A stretch of 38,252 bases of DNA from Actinomycetes bacterium (GTDB taxonomy: Bacteria; Planctomycetota; Phycisphaerae; JAACET01): positions 1-38,252 of the forward strand of contig DAOVKO010000001.1 of assembly GCA_030631725.1 (NCBI GenBank), written 5' to 3'. Shown piece after piece: positions 15,748-24,086 of this stretch (the stretch's first letter is position 1; each line of letters opens with the position of its first letter). The position numbers and the translations under genes were made by a program. The notes below the pieces were generated by a model. It saw only the letters and a program-made list of their open reading frames with translations. It searched no databases and was not told the DNA's origin.

Positions 15748-15921
15748 ATTCGTAACCGTTCAGGCCCTTTGGGACCTGCGGCGTCTTGCCTGACCGGGCA
15801 ACGCGCCCGGCGGTAAATCGCTAAGTCCTCAATCTCTTTCGCAATATATACCTGCCCTGCTGTTTTGCAAACACCTTTTTTCTTCAAAATTCAAGCGGAG
15901 GGCCTTTCGCGTCCGATAATG
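15748..15921 (-). promoter_or_regulatory. promoter + 5' leader cassette, copy 1 (upstream of DUF4838 gene)
   Basis: 174 bp, about 87% identical by hand count to 36342-36515. On the minus strand: TTGCAA (15865-15870), 16-nt spacer, TATATT (15843-15848), preceded by an A-rich tract. The leader contains the hairpin GCCGGG-N7-CCCGGT. Confidence 0.6.
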
Positions 15922-16052
15922 TGCATAACAACTCAAGATGGAGTAGACGGAGGAGCAGCCTTGGATGTGGTGTTGATCAAGCACAAGCACCGCCCGGTTG
16001 CCCAGTTTCCCACAAACTCTCGGACGAAACGACATACCTGTCTCCAGCAGTC

Positions 16053-17399
16053 TTACAATTCAATCTTGGTCTTGCGATCCAGCGTCACCATCTCATCCGC
16101 CGCCACGGCGGTGGAACTTTGAGCGGTCAGGTCTTGCAGAAAGACGCCCCGGATCTCTCCGTTGAGTTCCTCGTAAGCACAGGGGCGGATATTCCAGCCT
16201 ACGGCTATATCGTGACAGATCGGACTGTTCCAAAGGCGCTGTTCCAGCACAGGATCAATCCGCAGTTTCTCCGCATCCGTGTAATAGACGCAAAAAATCC
16301 GGCCATCGGCCAGACGGATCAGGTCGGGATAACCCATGTCCCAACCACCCTGGTCAAGCACATTGCCAAGCAACTCCCAGGTTTCGCCCCCGTCGTTTGA
16401 TGCGATCAGGCCGATCCCCGGCGCTTCCAACGTCAAATTGCGAATCGCCGCCAGCAGCGACCCATCAGCAAGTTTGATCATTGATGGGCTGGTACCGCCG
16501 TGTCCAATGGCGATCGGTTCTCGCTTGGACCAGGTGCGGCCCTGATCGTCGGAAAAGGTGCGCAGGAATCCCGGCGTGCCTTGAATGTTGCCGTAGATCA
16601 CCACTATCCGGCCGCTGTCAAGCTGGACCAAATCCGCCTCACCACCGCCATAACCCTCCTCATCTGGGTCGGAAACAACGACAAACTCCCAAGATCGCAG
16701 GTTGTCTTTCGAGAAGCCGGCTAGGGCGATTTCGGTGATGGGGCTCTCGCGATTGCCTGCTTTAAAGTTTTCGGATTGGCGTCGGTATTTATAGCTGGAT
16801 TTGGATCCCCGCGGGATCTTGTTACACGTAAACATGCCCATGATCGTGCCGTCGCTCAGTCGCACCAAGGTGCTGCTGGTACTGTGGGGGGAAGGCGCCT
16901 CAACGGTCATTTCACCGCGATCAGTCTTGATCGTCGAAACGGGACCGATGTGGAGCGGGAACGGCGGCTCCCAGTTGTGGCCGTAGTCGTGGCTCACGGT
17001 CCAGTACGTTTCGTAGGTGCGGTAGTCCTGGTCTTGCGAAGGCTCGAACTGCCAGCGGTAAAGCTGCAAACGTGCCCAGAGGAACGGTTCGTCTTCACCC
17101 ATCACGCCATCGACGTACTGCCCCATCGAGGCACACACGTCCCAGCCGGGATAGGCCGCTAGTACTTCAGGCGGGGTCCAGTGCTCCCCATTGTCTGTGG
17201 AACGCGTGATGTAAAACGCTCCGTCACAGGTCAAGTGATGGTCACTGCCTTGCCGATAACCCACCAGCAGGTCGCCGTTGGGAAGGCGCACACCAGTAGG
17301 AAACGCCCGATGCCGACGTGGCGGAGAAGCGGCTATGACGACATCTTTGGCGGTCTGGACAAAACGGTTGGATTTGAGAGCCGTTCCTTTTTCCTCCAA
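16053..17399 (-). CDS. BNR-repeat sialidase-like glycosyl hydrolase family protein
   Basis: Four Asp-box (SxDxGxxW) motifs: STDNGEHW, SHDYGHNW, SDDQGRTW, SNDGGETW. No signal peptide. The start is uncertain: TTG 17399 per the track, and there is no in-frame ATG in the first ~90 codons. Confidence 0.75.
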   Translation of the reverse strand: MEEKGTALKSNRFVQTAKDVVIAASPPRRHRAFPTGVRLPNGDLLVGYRQGSDHHLTCDGAFYITRSTDNGEHWTPPEVLAAYPGWDVCASMGQYVDGVMGEDEPFLWARLQLYRWQFEPSQDQDYRTYETYWTVSHDYGHNWEPPFPLHIGPVSTIKTDRGEMTVEAPSPHSTSSTLVRLSDGTIMGMFTCNKIPRGSKSSYKYRRQSENFKAGNRESPITEIALAGFSKDNLRSWEFVVVSDPDEEGYGGGEADLVQLDSGRIVVIYGNIQGTPGFLRTFSDDQGRTWSKREPIAIGHGGTSPSMIKLADGSLLAAIRNLTLEAPGIGLIASNDGGETWELLGNVLDQGGWDMGYPDLIRLADGRIFCVYYTDAEKLRIDPVLEQRLWNSPICHDIAVGWNIRPCAYEELNGEIRGVFLQDLTAQSSTAVAADEMVTLDRKTKIEL

Positions 17400-17440
17400 T
17401 AGGCGTTTTCTTTGGGGCCGATGGGTGGCGTCGGGCTAAC

Positions 17441-17911
17441 ATGTCGCCCACAGATGATCGAAAGTTGAAACAGGGCGACAGCGTATACCTGGACGGCGGA
17501 GGAGTGTTGCAGGGCTATAACGCCGACACGTGTCGAATGAGCGTTCTCGGTGAGCCGGAGGCAGAACATTCGGCCGTTTACGAGACCGTCAAAGAAACGC
17601 AAAGGGCAATGATCGACGTGATCAGACCGGGCATACCATGCTGTGAAATTTACAAAACCGGCAGAAGTTTATATAAAAAGGAAGGACTTGGCTACATGGT
17701 CAGTACGCGGTCGTTTGGCCATGGCGTAGGCCTGAACGTACACGAAATGCCCGACATGAGTTTGGAAAACGATGAGCCTCTTCAGGAAGGCATGGTGCTG
17801 TCGATAGAACCCTGGATAATTGAGCGTGATGGACTGGGTGTTTTCAATTATGAAGATATGGTAGTGGTTCGCAAAAATGGAGCCGAGTTGCTCAGCGAGG
17901 ACTTTTCGTGA
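17441..17911 (+). pseudogene. C-terminal fragment of an M24 (Xaa-Pro/creatinase-type) metallopeptidase
   Basis: 156 aa. It contains the pita-bread metal ligands (LDGGG, NADT, GHGVGL, SIEP, YED). It lacks the N-terminal domain and the first part of the catalytic domain. Upstream space is occupied by the divergent sialidase-like gene. Confidence 0.7.
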
Positions 17912-17933
17912 AAGACAGGAAAAAATCCGCCTT

Positions 17934-18136
17934 TATTGATGTTTGAACGGTCAAATAAACAATGCCCAACCGGTTGTTATTCCCGCGAAGCTTGTCCTCG
18001 TGAAAACGGGGAGCGGGCTCTTACCACCGCTTTAGCGGTAATCCAGGCTAATATCGTTCAGGGAAGATGGATCCCCGCTTGTGCTGGGATGACGTTTGGA
18101 GACTTCAGCGTTGAATTAGCCATTCAAACATCAATA
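17934..18136. repeat. MITE-like element with 14-bp terminal inverted repeats enclosing REP-like repeat copy B
   Basis: TATTGATGTTTGAA (17934-17947) and TTCAAACATCAATA (18123-18136) are perfect reverse complements. The interior 17977-18093 aligns with 6144-6233 and carries a 21-nt insertion. Confidence 0.65.
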
Positions 18137-18180
18137 GTAACTCTGTGCGGCAGAATAAACACGTTAGTGAAGAATGTGGC

Positions 18181-18441
18181 TTAGCCTGAGGACGTCAGAT
18201 TGAAAACTCTAGCCGCGGTTTCTCCAAAGACCATAGGGAAAAATTCTTTTTTACAGCCGAGGGCAGCAAGTATTTTTTTGGAAAAGGGTATGTGTTCAAG
18301 CTGAGCTAGGCAGTTATCCGAACTGGCAGGGGTGTGTAAAAACATTTCGTAAGAGCGTTTGCTGCAGAACACCAGACTTACAGAGGACAACTCCGGCACT
18401 GCCAATAATCCCCACACCGTAAACCTTAGCAGTCGCGCCAT
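18181..18441 (-). CDS. hypothetical small protein (doubtful)
   Basis: 86-aa ORF starting 7 nt after the stop of the 641-aa gene. Lower GC, no recognisable family, and the GGAGA is too close to the ATG. It may be non-coding. Confidence 0.25.
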   Translation of the reverse strand: MARLLRFTVWGLLAVPELSSVSLVFCSKRSYEMFLHTPASSDNCLAQLEHIPFSKKILAALGCKKEFFPMVFGETAARVFNLTSSG

Positions 18442-18448
18442 TCTCCAG

Positions 18449-20374
18449 CTACTGCCTTGGCTGAGCCTTGATCAGCAGCGACTCAAAATATATGCCCCGC
18501 TCAGTTTCCTCCATGTGGTCTACGTAAGCCCCGAAGTATTTCTTGACCGCCTCGAACTCCGGCAATGCCCCAAAGTCGATCTCTTCGAACTCTTCGAACA
18601 GCTCCTCAAACATCATGGACCAAACCCCGGAAATACGCATCTCCGGCCCGTCCGAGCCCGATTCATCCGGCTCATCTGTCGCATCCCTCCGCGCCGCTTC
18701 TTTTAGCCGAGCCCAGAGCAATTCGGCGTCAATCTGCTGATTCTTGTAGCTCCATGCTCCCGACTGGGCAGGCAGATAGCGAGCAGCTTGGCTGTAGAGC
18801 GGATCCGCTTGAATGGGCTGAAGGTCGTCGCGCCGCAGATCGCGGATGGCCTGCTCCACGCCGGCTACACTACCGATTACCAGATTATTGCCCGCAATCG
18901 CAAAAGCCCCCGAAGGCTCATCCTCCTGCTCAGCCGGTGAGCTTCTGGGCATCGCACTAAACATCGCCCCGAACGGATTGTCGCCCGGCAACAGGAAAAT
19001 CTTGCTGCCCAGAAGCTCTCGCTGGAGTTCTTTGTTTCCCTGGGCGATCATGGTCTCATGGACTCTGCCCAGAGCCGTCTCCAGCACAGCCGCATCACGC
19101 ACCCCCAGAGCTACCAGCGTCTTGGACGCGGCGGGATCGCTGTAGGGCTTGTCCACCCTCGTCAAAACAGTTACCGGCGAGTTCAATTGGCTGATGATGT
19201 CTTGCTGGAAATCCACCGCCGGCCGCCCCGCAGGATCGTTCAGCCCTGTTACCGCCATCATCTGGGCCAAGGCGATATTAATATCCGGGCCACCCGCCGC
19301 CTGCACGATCTCGTTTATCTGATTGAAAAGCTTTTCCGGATCATAATTAGCAACCATAAACGAGGCCAAGCCCTTGGTCAGCAGACGATGCCCAGACGTG
19401 CTCCCCGAGATCGGCGTCAGCAATGCGATGATCCCACGTTTCTCTTCCGTCACCGCCAGCATTCCCTTGATGCGAAGTTCCTCCATCTGGCTGGGAACAA
19501 TCTGGGCCACCATCCCCAGCCCGGCGACGTTGTCCAATCCCAGAGCACGAATCACCTTTTCAGCCTGGGGTCTCTTAATAGAATTGATCAGCGAACTGAC
19601 ATCCAAATAGGCCCTCACGTCGCCGGGGCCAAGAGCCTGTAGTACTTCTTGCATTTGGTTGTTATCCGCCAGGCTATCCAGCTCGGCCCCGCCCATCCTG
19701 GCCAGCACATCCCTGAGCATATCCCCATCATTGCTCAGCAGGGCCGTCTCCCCTGTGAAGGCATAGCAGGTCGGCTCGGGCTCAGGGCTACGGTGGGACG
19801 GCTCACCTTCGGCAGATTCGGCAACAGCAGGAGTGATCGTTTCCATTTGTACCCCCCGCACATCCTCCCGCTGGCGTTTGGCACCCTCATCCACGGCCTT
19901 TTCCGCGGCGTTGGCGGCAATCTCCTTTAGGGCAGGCATACTCTCGCCCATGTCGGCGATCACCACAAACTGTGGGACGGGCTCTGGCACCTGAGAGTTT
20001 TTCATTCCCATCCGCATGGCCAAGACCACGCGACCCGTCGGCCAGGGAAGCTCCTCGGGCGGCTCGTCTATTTCGAGTTCTTTCCAAGCCTCCTTTAGCT
20101 TTTCGTCGAGCTTCTCGCGGACCACCTTTTCCGCCGACTCAATGAACCGCTGCATCGCCGGGTCTTTGTAAAGCCCCCACAAAGAGGTCTTCTTGAGCTT
20201 TTCCTGCAGGGCAGTAACACCTTCGGGAACGATCACGTATAAGAAGCTGTCCGCCGGAAACAGGCCGGCCAACTCGCCTTCAATGGCTCCGGCTGCATTG
20301 AAACCCGACAAAACAACAGCCGCAATCACGAAGCAGGCAAAAAATCCTTTCTCAAATCGTTTGGCAGGGATCAT
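18449..20374 (-). CDS. hypothetical exported/membrane-anchored protein
   Basis: 641 aa. N-terminal signal-anchor (FFACFVIAAVVLSGFNAAGA), acidic linker regions, no family confidently recognised. Lies 15 nt downstream of the protease gene on the same strand. Confidence 0.6.
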   Translation of the reverse strand: MIPAKRFEKGFFACFVIAAVVLSGFNAAGAIEGELAGLFPADSFLYVIVPEGVTALQEKLKKTSLWGLYKDPAMQRFIESAEKVVREKLDEKLKEAWKELEIDEPPEELPWPTGRVVLAMRMGMKNSQVPEPVPQFVVIADMGESMPALKEIAANAAEKAVDEGAKRQREDVRGVQMETITPAVAESAEGEPSHRSPEPEPTCYAFTGETALLSNDGDMLRDVLARMGGAELDSLADNNQMQEVLQALGPGDVRAYLDVSSLINSIKRPQAEKVIRALGLDNVAGLGMVAQIVPSQMEELRIKGMLAVTEEKRGIIALLTPISGSTSGHRLLTKGLASFMVANYDPEKLFNQINEIVQAAGGPDINIALAQMMAVTGLNDPAGRPAVDFQQDIISQLNSPVTVLTRVDKPYSDPAASKTLVALGVRDAAVLETALGRVHETMIAQGNKELQRELLGSKIFLLPGDNPFGAMFSAMPRSSPAEQEDEPSGAFAIAGNNLVIGSVAGVEQAIRDLRRDDLQPIQADPLYSQAARYLPAQSGAWSYKNQQIDAELLWARLKEAARRDATDEPDESGSDGPEMRISGVWSMMFEELFEEFEEIDFGALPEFEAVKKYFGAYVDHMEETERGIYFESLLIKAQPRQ

Positions 20375-20389
20375 AATGAGTCCTTTCAG

Positions 20390-21415
20390 TTATTCTTCTT
20401 TCGCTTGTTCTTTCTGAATCGCCTCGACGGCCGGTACTTTGCCCGCCGCTGGATTCTTCTTGTTCACCCTGCCGGCCGGCTGCAAGTAACGATACCCGCT
20501 GTTGGGGTTATCCTCGTCGTAGGCGAAGGCATCACGATTAATCACAAAACGCTTCACCACGTCCACGGGAATGGCAAAATTCAGCCCGCCCAGATATATG
20601 TACCCCATAGAGGTAACACCAATTACCTCGCCTTTGAGGTTGAACAGAGGCCCGCCGGAATTACCAGGGTTCACAGCCGTGGTGGTCTGGATGTAGAGTC
20701 GGCCCTGGAAGTATCGATTTTTGGTGGAGACGATGCCCTGGCTGACTGTTCTTGTGAGCCCCAGCGGGTTGCCGATGGCAAAAACCTCTTGGCCGGCCTC
20801 GAGCTCATCCGTTCGACCCAGGTAGGCGTACTTGAAGGTGTCGCCTTCGCCGTCAACCTTCATTAGGGCCAAATCCACGAAGGCATTCAGGGCGATGATT
20901 TTGACCTTCTTATAGTTCTTCTGCTCGTAGCCGGTTTTTGTCCGCCGGAACACCGTAACTTTTATGCGCGTCTCCCCGGAAATCACGTGATAGTTGGTAA
21001 TGCAGTAGCCGTCAGGAGTGATCATGAATCCTGAGCCCTGCCCGCCGGGGCTGGTCACCATGACCACCGCCTCGCCGAATCGCTGGGCATTATCCTCGAT
21101 GGTTGTCGGCTGCAGCAGGGCCGTTCGGAACATCTGCCAGCCCGCAGACTCCTTCTGTTCAGAAGGGGGCTTCTGCTTTGCCTCCGGTTTGCCCTTGGAG
21201 GTTTTCTCTTCGGATTTTTCGATACGCACAACCTTTGATCGCGGCAGCCGCAGTACGGTAACACCCAGGTCCACGATCACCACGTTTTTATCGCTCTTGA
21301 GCACTTGTCCGCTGACCTGGTGTCCGCCTTTGAGGATGACCGTATCGGCCGTAGCTGCTGAGACCACAAAAAACGATACTGCAATCGCCGCGAAGCATAT
21401 TCGCCGGGAATTCAT
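20390..21415 (-). CDS. trypsin-like serine protease (S1C/HtrA-like, no PDZ domain)
   Basis: Signal peptide, then the catalytic triad contexts ITNYHVI (His), DLALMKV (Asp) and GNSGGPLFN (Ser). Confidence 0.8.
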   Translation of the reverse strand: MNSRRICFAAIAVSFFVVSAATADTVILKGGHQVSGQVLKSDKNVVIVDLGVTVLRLPRSKVVRIEKSEEKTSKGKPEAKQKPPSEQKESAGWQMFRTALLQPTTIEDNAQRFGEAVVMVTSPGGQGSGFMITPDGYCITNYHVISGETRIKVTVFRRTKTGYEQKNYKKVKIIALNAFVDLALMKVDGEGDTFKYAYLGRTDELEAGQEVFAIGNPLGLTRTVSQGIVSTKNRYFQGRLYIQTTTAVNPGNSGGPLFNLKGEVIGVTSMGYIYLGGLNFAIPVDVVKRFVINRDAFAYDEDNPNSGYRYLQPAGRVNKKNPAAGKVPAVEAIQKEQAKEE

Positions 21416-21555
21416 AATCCCCTCCTTTCACAGACCAGACCTACTGAGATATTCCGCACGAGCAGATTATAGGTATTTGCGTTTGGCGGTACAAGAGAAT
21501 ATTATATGGCCAAGCGATGAGGCTTCCACGGCAGTTATTTTCTGGAGGGACACAC

Positions 21556-23982
21556 ATGGCCGCCACCCCAAAACCTTTACCCATCAGATGGATTTTTACG
21601 CTTGCTCTATGCTTGCTGAGTCTGCAGAGCGCTTTGGCCGAGGCGGAGCAGGACAAAACACCAACCGAGGCCAAGCCCAGCCGCCTTGCCCAGTATTACG
21701 GCTTTGGCCCAATGGAAATTCTCAAGCTCCAATGGAAGCTCGGCCAGCCCATTATCGCCGACATTAACGCCGACGGGCTCAACGATCTGATTTTCATTAA
21801 TAACCGCAAGGCCAGGATCGATCTGCTTTTGCAAAAGAAGGATTTCGACCCCAGCGAATACGTTCCCATCGACATCCTCGACGAAGACGTGAACGACATT
21901 TTTGGCCGAGAGAAGTCCTGGCGATTCAAGCGTTTCAGCTACGATCTCGATGTCGAAGCCACCAGCCTGGTGCTGGCGGACCTCAACGCCGATGACCGGC
22001 TGGACTTGGCCTTTTATGCCAAGGACGCTCTGCGCGTCGTTTTGCAGGATGAGCCCAAGCCCCAGCCCGCCGAAGAAGCCAAAGGAGCAGAGGCCGAAGA
22101 CAAAAGGCCGAGCGGTCCGCGCGAACCCGTCTGGATGCCGGCCAAGAAGATCGATATTCGCGAAGGCCTTTCCACCAGCCGGGCACTGGCCGCCGGTGAC
22201 CTGAACTCCGATGGCCGGGCGGACCTGGCCTTGTTGGCCGCCGAAGGAACCTTTGTGCTCATGCAAAAATCCGACGGCACACTCGCCCAACCGGAAAAGT
22301 TCTACTCGGCCGGCCAAAAACCTAAACAGCTTCACATCGCCGACGTCAACGGCGATAAACGCCTCGACCTGGTGGTCATCACCGCTGAGAAGGAATTCCC
22401 CGTGCGTCTGCGCTATCAGAGTAATACCGGCAAGCTGGGCCCGGAGGTCCGCTACGACCTGCCGAGCCCCCGCGTCCTGGAGATAGCCAGCCTCGCCCAG
22501 AGCCCGCAGAGCTACTTCCTCTGCGTCAACCGCCTCAGCGGGCGCATTCAGATATCTACCTTGGCCCCGAACACTCGGCGAGAAGAGTTTCCCGTCTTCA
22601 CGTATCCTTTGCCGGCCACCGAATCGCCTGAGAATCGTGACATTGTGGCCGCCGACGTTGACGGCGACGGACTCGAAGACGTCGTCGTCTCTGACCCCTC
22701 AGGTGAGTTTCTACTCTTCCGCGGTGCTGCTGTTGCGGGCCTGACTGGCCCCCAACGCTTCCCCGGCTTGACCGACATGCGCAAACTCGTCGCCGGCGAT
22801 CTGGACGGCTCCGGCAAACAGGCCATCGTAGCCCTGAGCATCGAAGAAAAGATCATCGCCATCAGCCGAATGACCGACGGCAGGCTGAGTTTTCCAGAGT
22901 CGGTCAGCATCGCCGACGAACCCTTGGCCATGGACCTGGCCGACATCAATGGCGACGGTCAGCTTGACCTGCTCTACATCGCTCGCCAGAAAAAGGAAAA
23001 GAAATATTTCTATTTCCTGCGGACCGTGCTCAGTGTCGGCCGCGACAACGCCCAGCCCGGGCCCGAGCTCGAACTCACCGAGCTCAAGGACAAGCCTCAG
23101 GACCTGCGTGCCGGCGATATTGACCACGACTCCCGGCCGGACGTGATGGTCCTTCGACCTTATGGGCCGCTGCTGCTGCTCCGACAGAGCCAACCGGGCG
23201 AATTTAGCCAGGTCACCAAGCCGGATATCTATTCAGGACTCGTCGCCGATGTCCAGCCAAGCTCCCTCTCGCTCTCTCCACTCGGACCCCAAGGCGGCAC
23301 AGCCGTGCTGCTGGCCAAGAAGAACTTCGCCCGAGCAGTCGTCTTCGACCCCGCCAAGGGCTGGCAGGTCGTGGACCAGTATCAAGCTTCCGATCGGCAG
23401 AGCAACCTCACCGCTGCCGTCGCTTGCCTGCTGCCCGGCGACGAGGCCTTGGCCGTTGTCGTCTATGATGCTGCCCGGGCAAAGCTCGAAATCCTCACTC
23501 AGCAGCCCGATGGCACTTATCGCACCGACCGGGACATCAAGATCGGATCCGTCTCGGCCAAAAAAATGCTCACCGGAAATTTCGGCGGCCCATCGCCGTT
23601 GAGCATTCTGCTGGCCGGAACGCACAAGATGATTCTGCTGCCGGTCGCCGGCCAAACCCATCTGCTCCAGAAGCTCGCTTCCTTCGAGTCCGACATCAAA
23701 AAAGTCCGCTACGGGGCCATGGCCGTCGGGGATATTAATGCCGACGACCTGCCGGAGATTGTCGTCATCGACCAGGCCCACAATCGCCTGGAGATACTCA
23801 CCTTTGACAGCGAAGGTGAGTTGACTTCCGCCAGCAAGTTCAAGGTCTTCGAAGAGCCGCGTGCGGGCCGATCCAAAAGCCGCGAACCCAGGATTGTCCT
23901 TCTCGGCGACCTCACCGCCGACGGAAAAAATGACCTCATCCTCGTCGTCCACGACCGAATTATCATCTACCCGCAGGATTGA
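21556..23982 (+). CDS. FG-GAP/VCBS repeat-containing secreted protein
   Basis: At least 10 repeats of the D-x-N/D-x-D-G-x-x-D-L type (ADINADGLNDLIF, GDLNSDGRADLAL, ADVDGDGLEDVVV, GDLTADGKNDLILV...). ATG 21556 has GGAGGG upstream, followed by a signal peptide (WIFTLALCLLSLQSALA). Confidence 0.8.
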   Translation: MAATPKPLPIRWIFTLALCLLSLQSALAEAEQDKTPTEAKPSRLAQYYGFGPMEILKLQWKLGQPIIADINADGLNDLIFINNRKARIDLLLQKKDFDPSEYVPIDILDEDVNDIFGREKSWRFKRFSYDLDVEATSLVLADLNADDRLDLAFYAKDALRVVLQDEPKPQPAEEAKGAEAEDKRPSGPREPVWMPAKKIDIREGLSTSRALAAGDLNSDGRADLALLAAEGTFVLMQKSDGTLAQPEKFYSAGQKPKQLHIADVNGDKRLDLVVITAEKEFPVRLRYQSNTGKLGPEVRYDLPSPRVLEIASLAQSPQSYFLCVNRLSGRIQISTLAPNTRREEFPVFTYPLPATESPENRDIVAADVDGDGLEDVVVSDPSGEFLLFRGAAVAGLTGPQRFPGLTDMRKLVAGDLDGSGKQAIVALSIEEKIIAISRMTDGRLSFPESVSIADEPLAMDLADINGDGQLDLLYIARQKKEKKYFYFLRTVLSVGRDNAQPGPELELTELKDKPQDLRAGDIDHDSRPDVMVLRPYGPLLLLRQSQPGEFSQVTKPDIYSGLVADVQPSSLSLSPLGPQGGTAVLLAKKNFARAVVFDPAKGWQVVDQYQASDRQSNLTAAVACLLPGDEALAVVVYDAARAKLEILTQQPDGTYRTDRDIKIGSVSAKKMLTGNFGGPSPLSILLAGTHKMILLPVAGQTHLLQKLASFESDIKKVRYGAMAVGDINADDLPEIVVIDQAHNRLEILTFDSEGELTSASKFKVFEEPRAGRSKSREPRIVLLGDLTADGKNDLILVVHDRIIIYPQD

Positions 23983-24086
23983 TTGCCGTGAATAACTTCG
24001 CCTGCGCCGAGCCGTGGATTATAGCGTGATATTAGGGAGCCCACGCACGCAAATGCGTTTTAGGCTACAATAGGCTTGTATTCCAA

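Noticed and set aside
15642-16035. Two small minus-strand ORFs, both starting MSF(K/R).. (15642-15887 and 15829-16035)
   Set aside because: Their shared start results from the duplicated 35-nt segment. They run across the promoter/leader cassette and the DUF4838 start, and their compositions are not protein-like.
17936-18184. 82-aa ORF (..GRWIPACAGMTFGDF..), and ORFs 3509-3967 / 3577-3969
   Set aside because: The first is a translation artefact of the REP-like/MITE-like repeat. The others are antisense to murJ.
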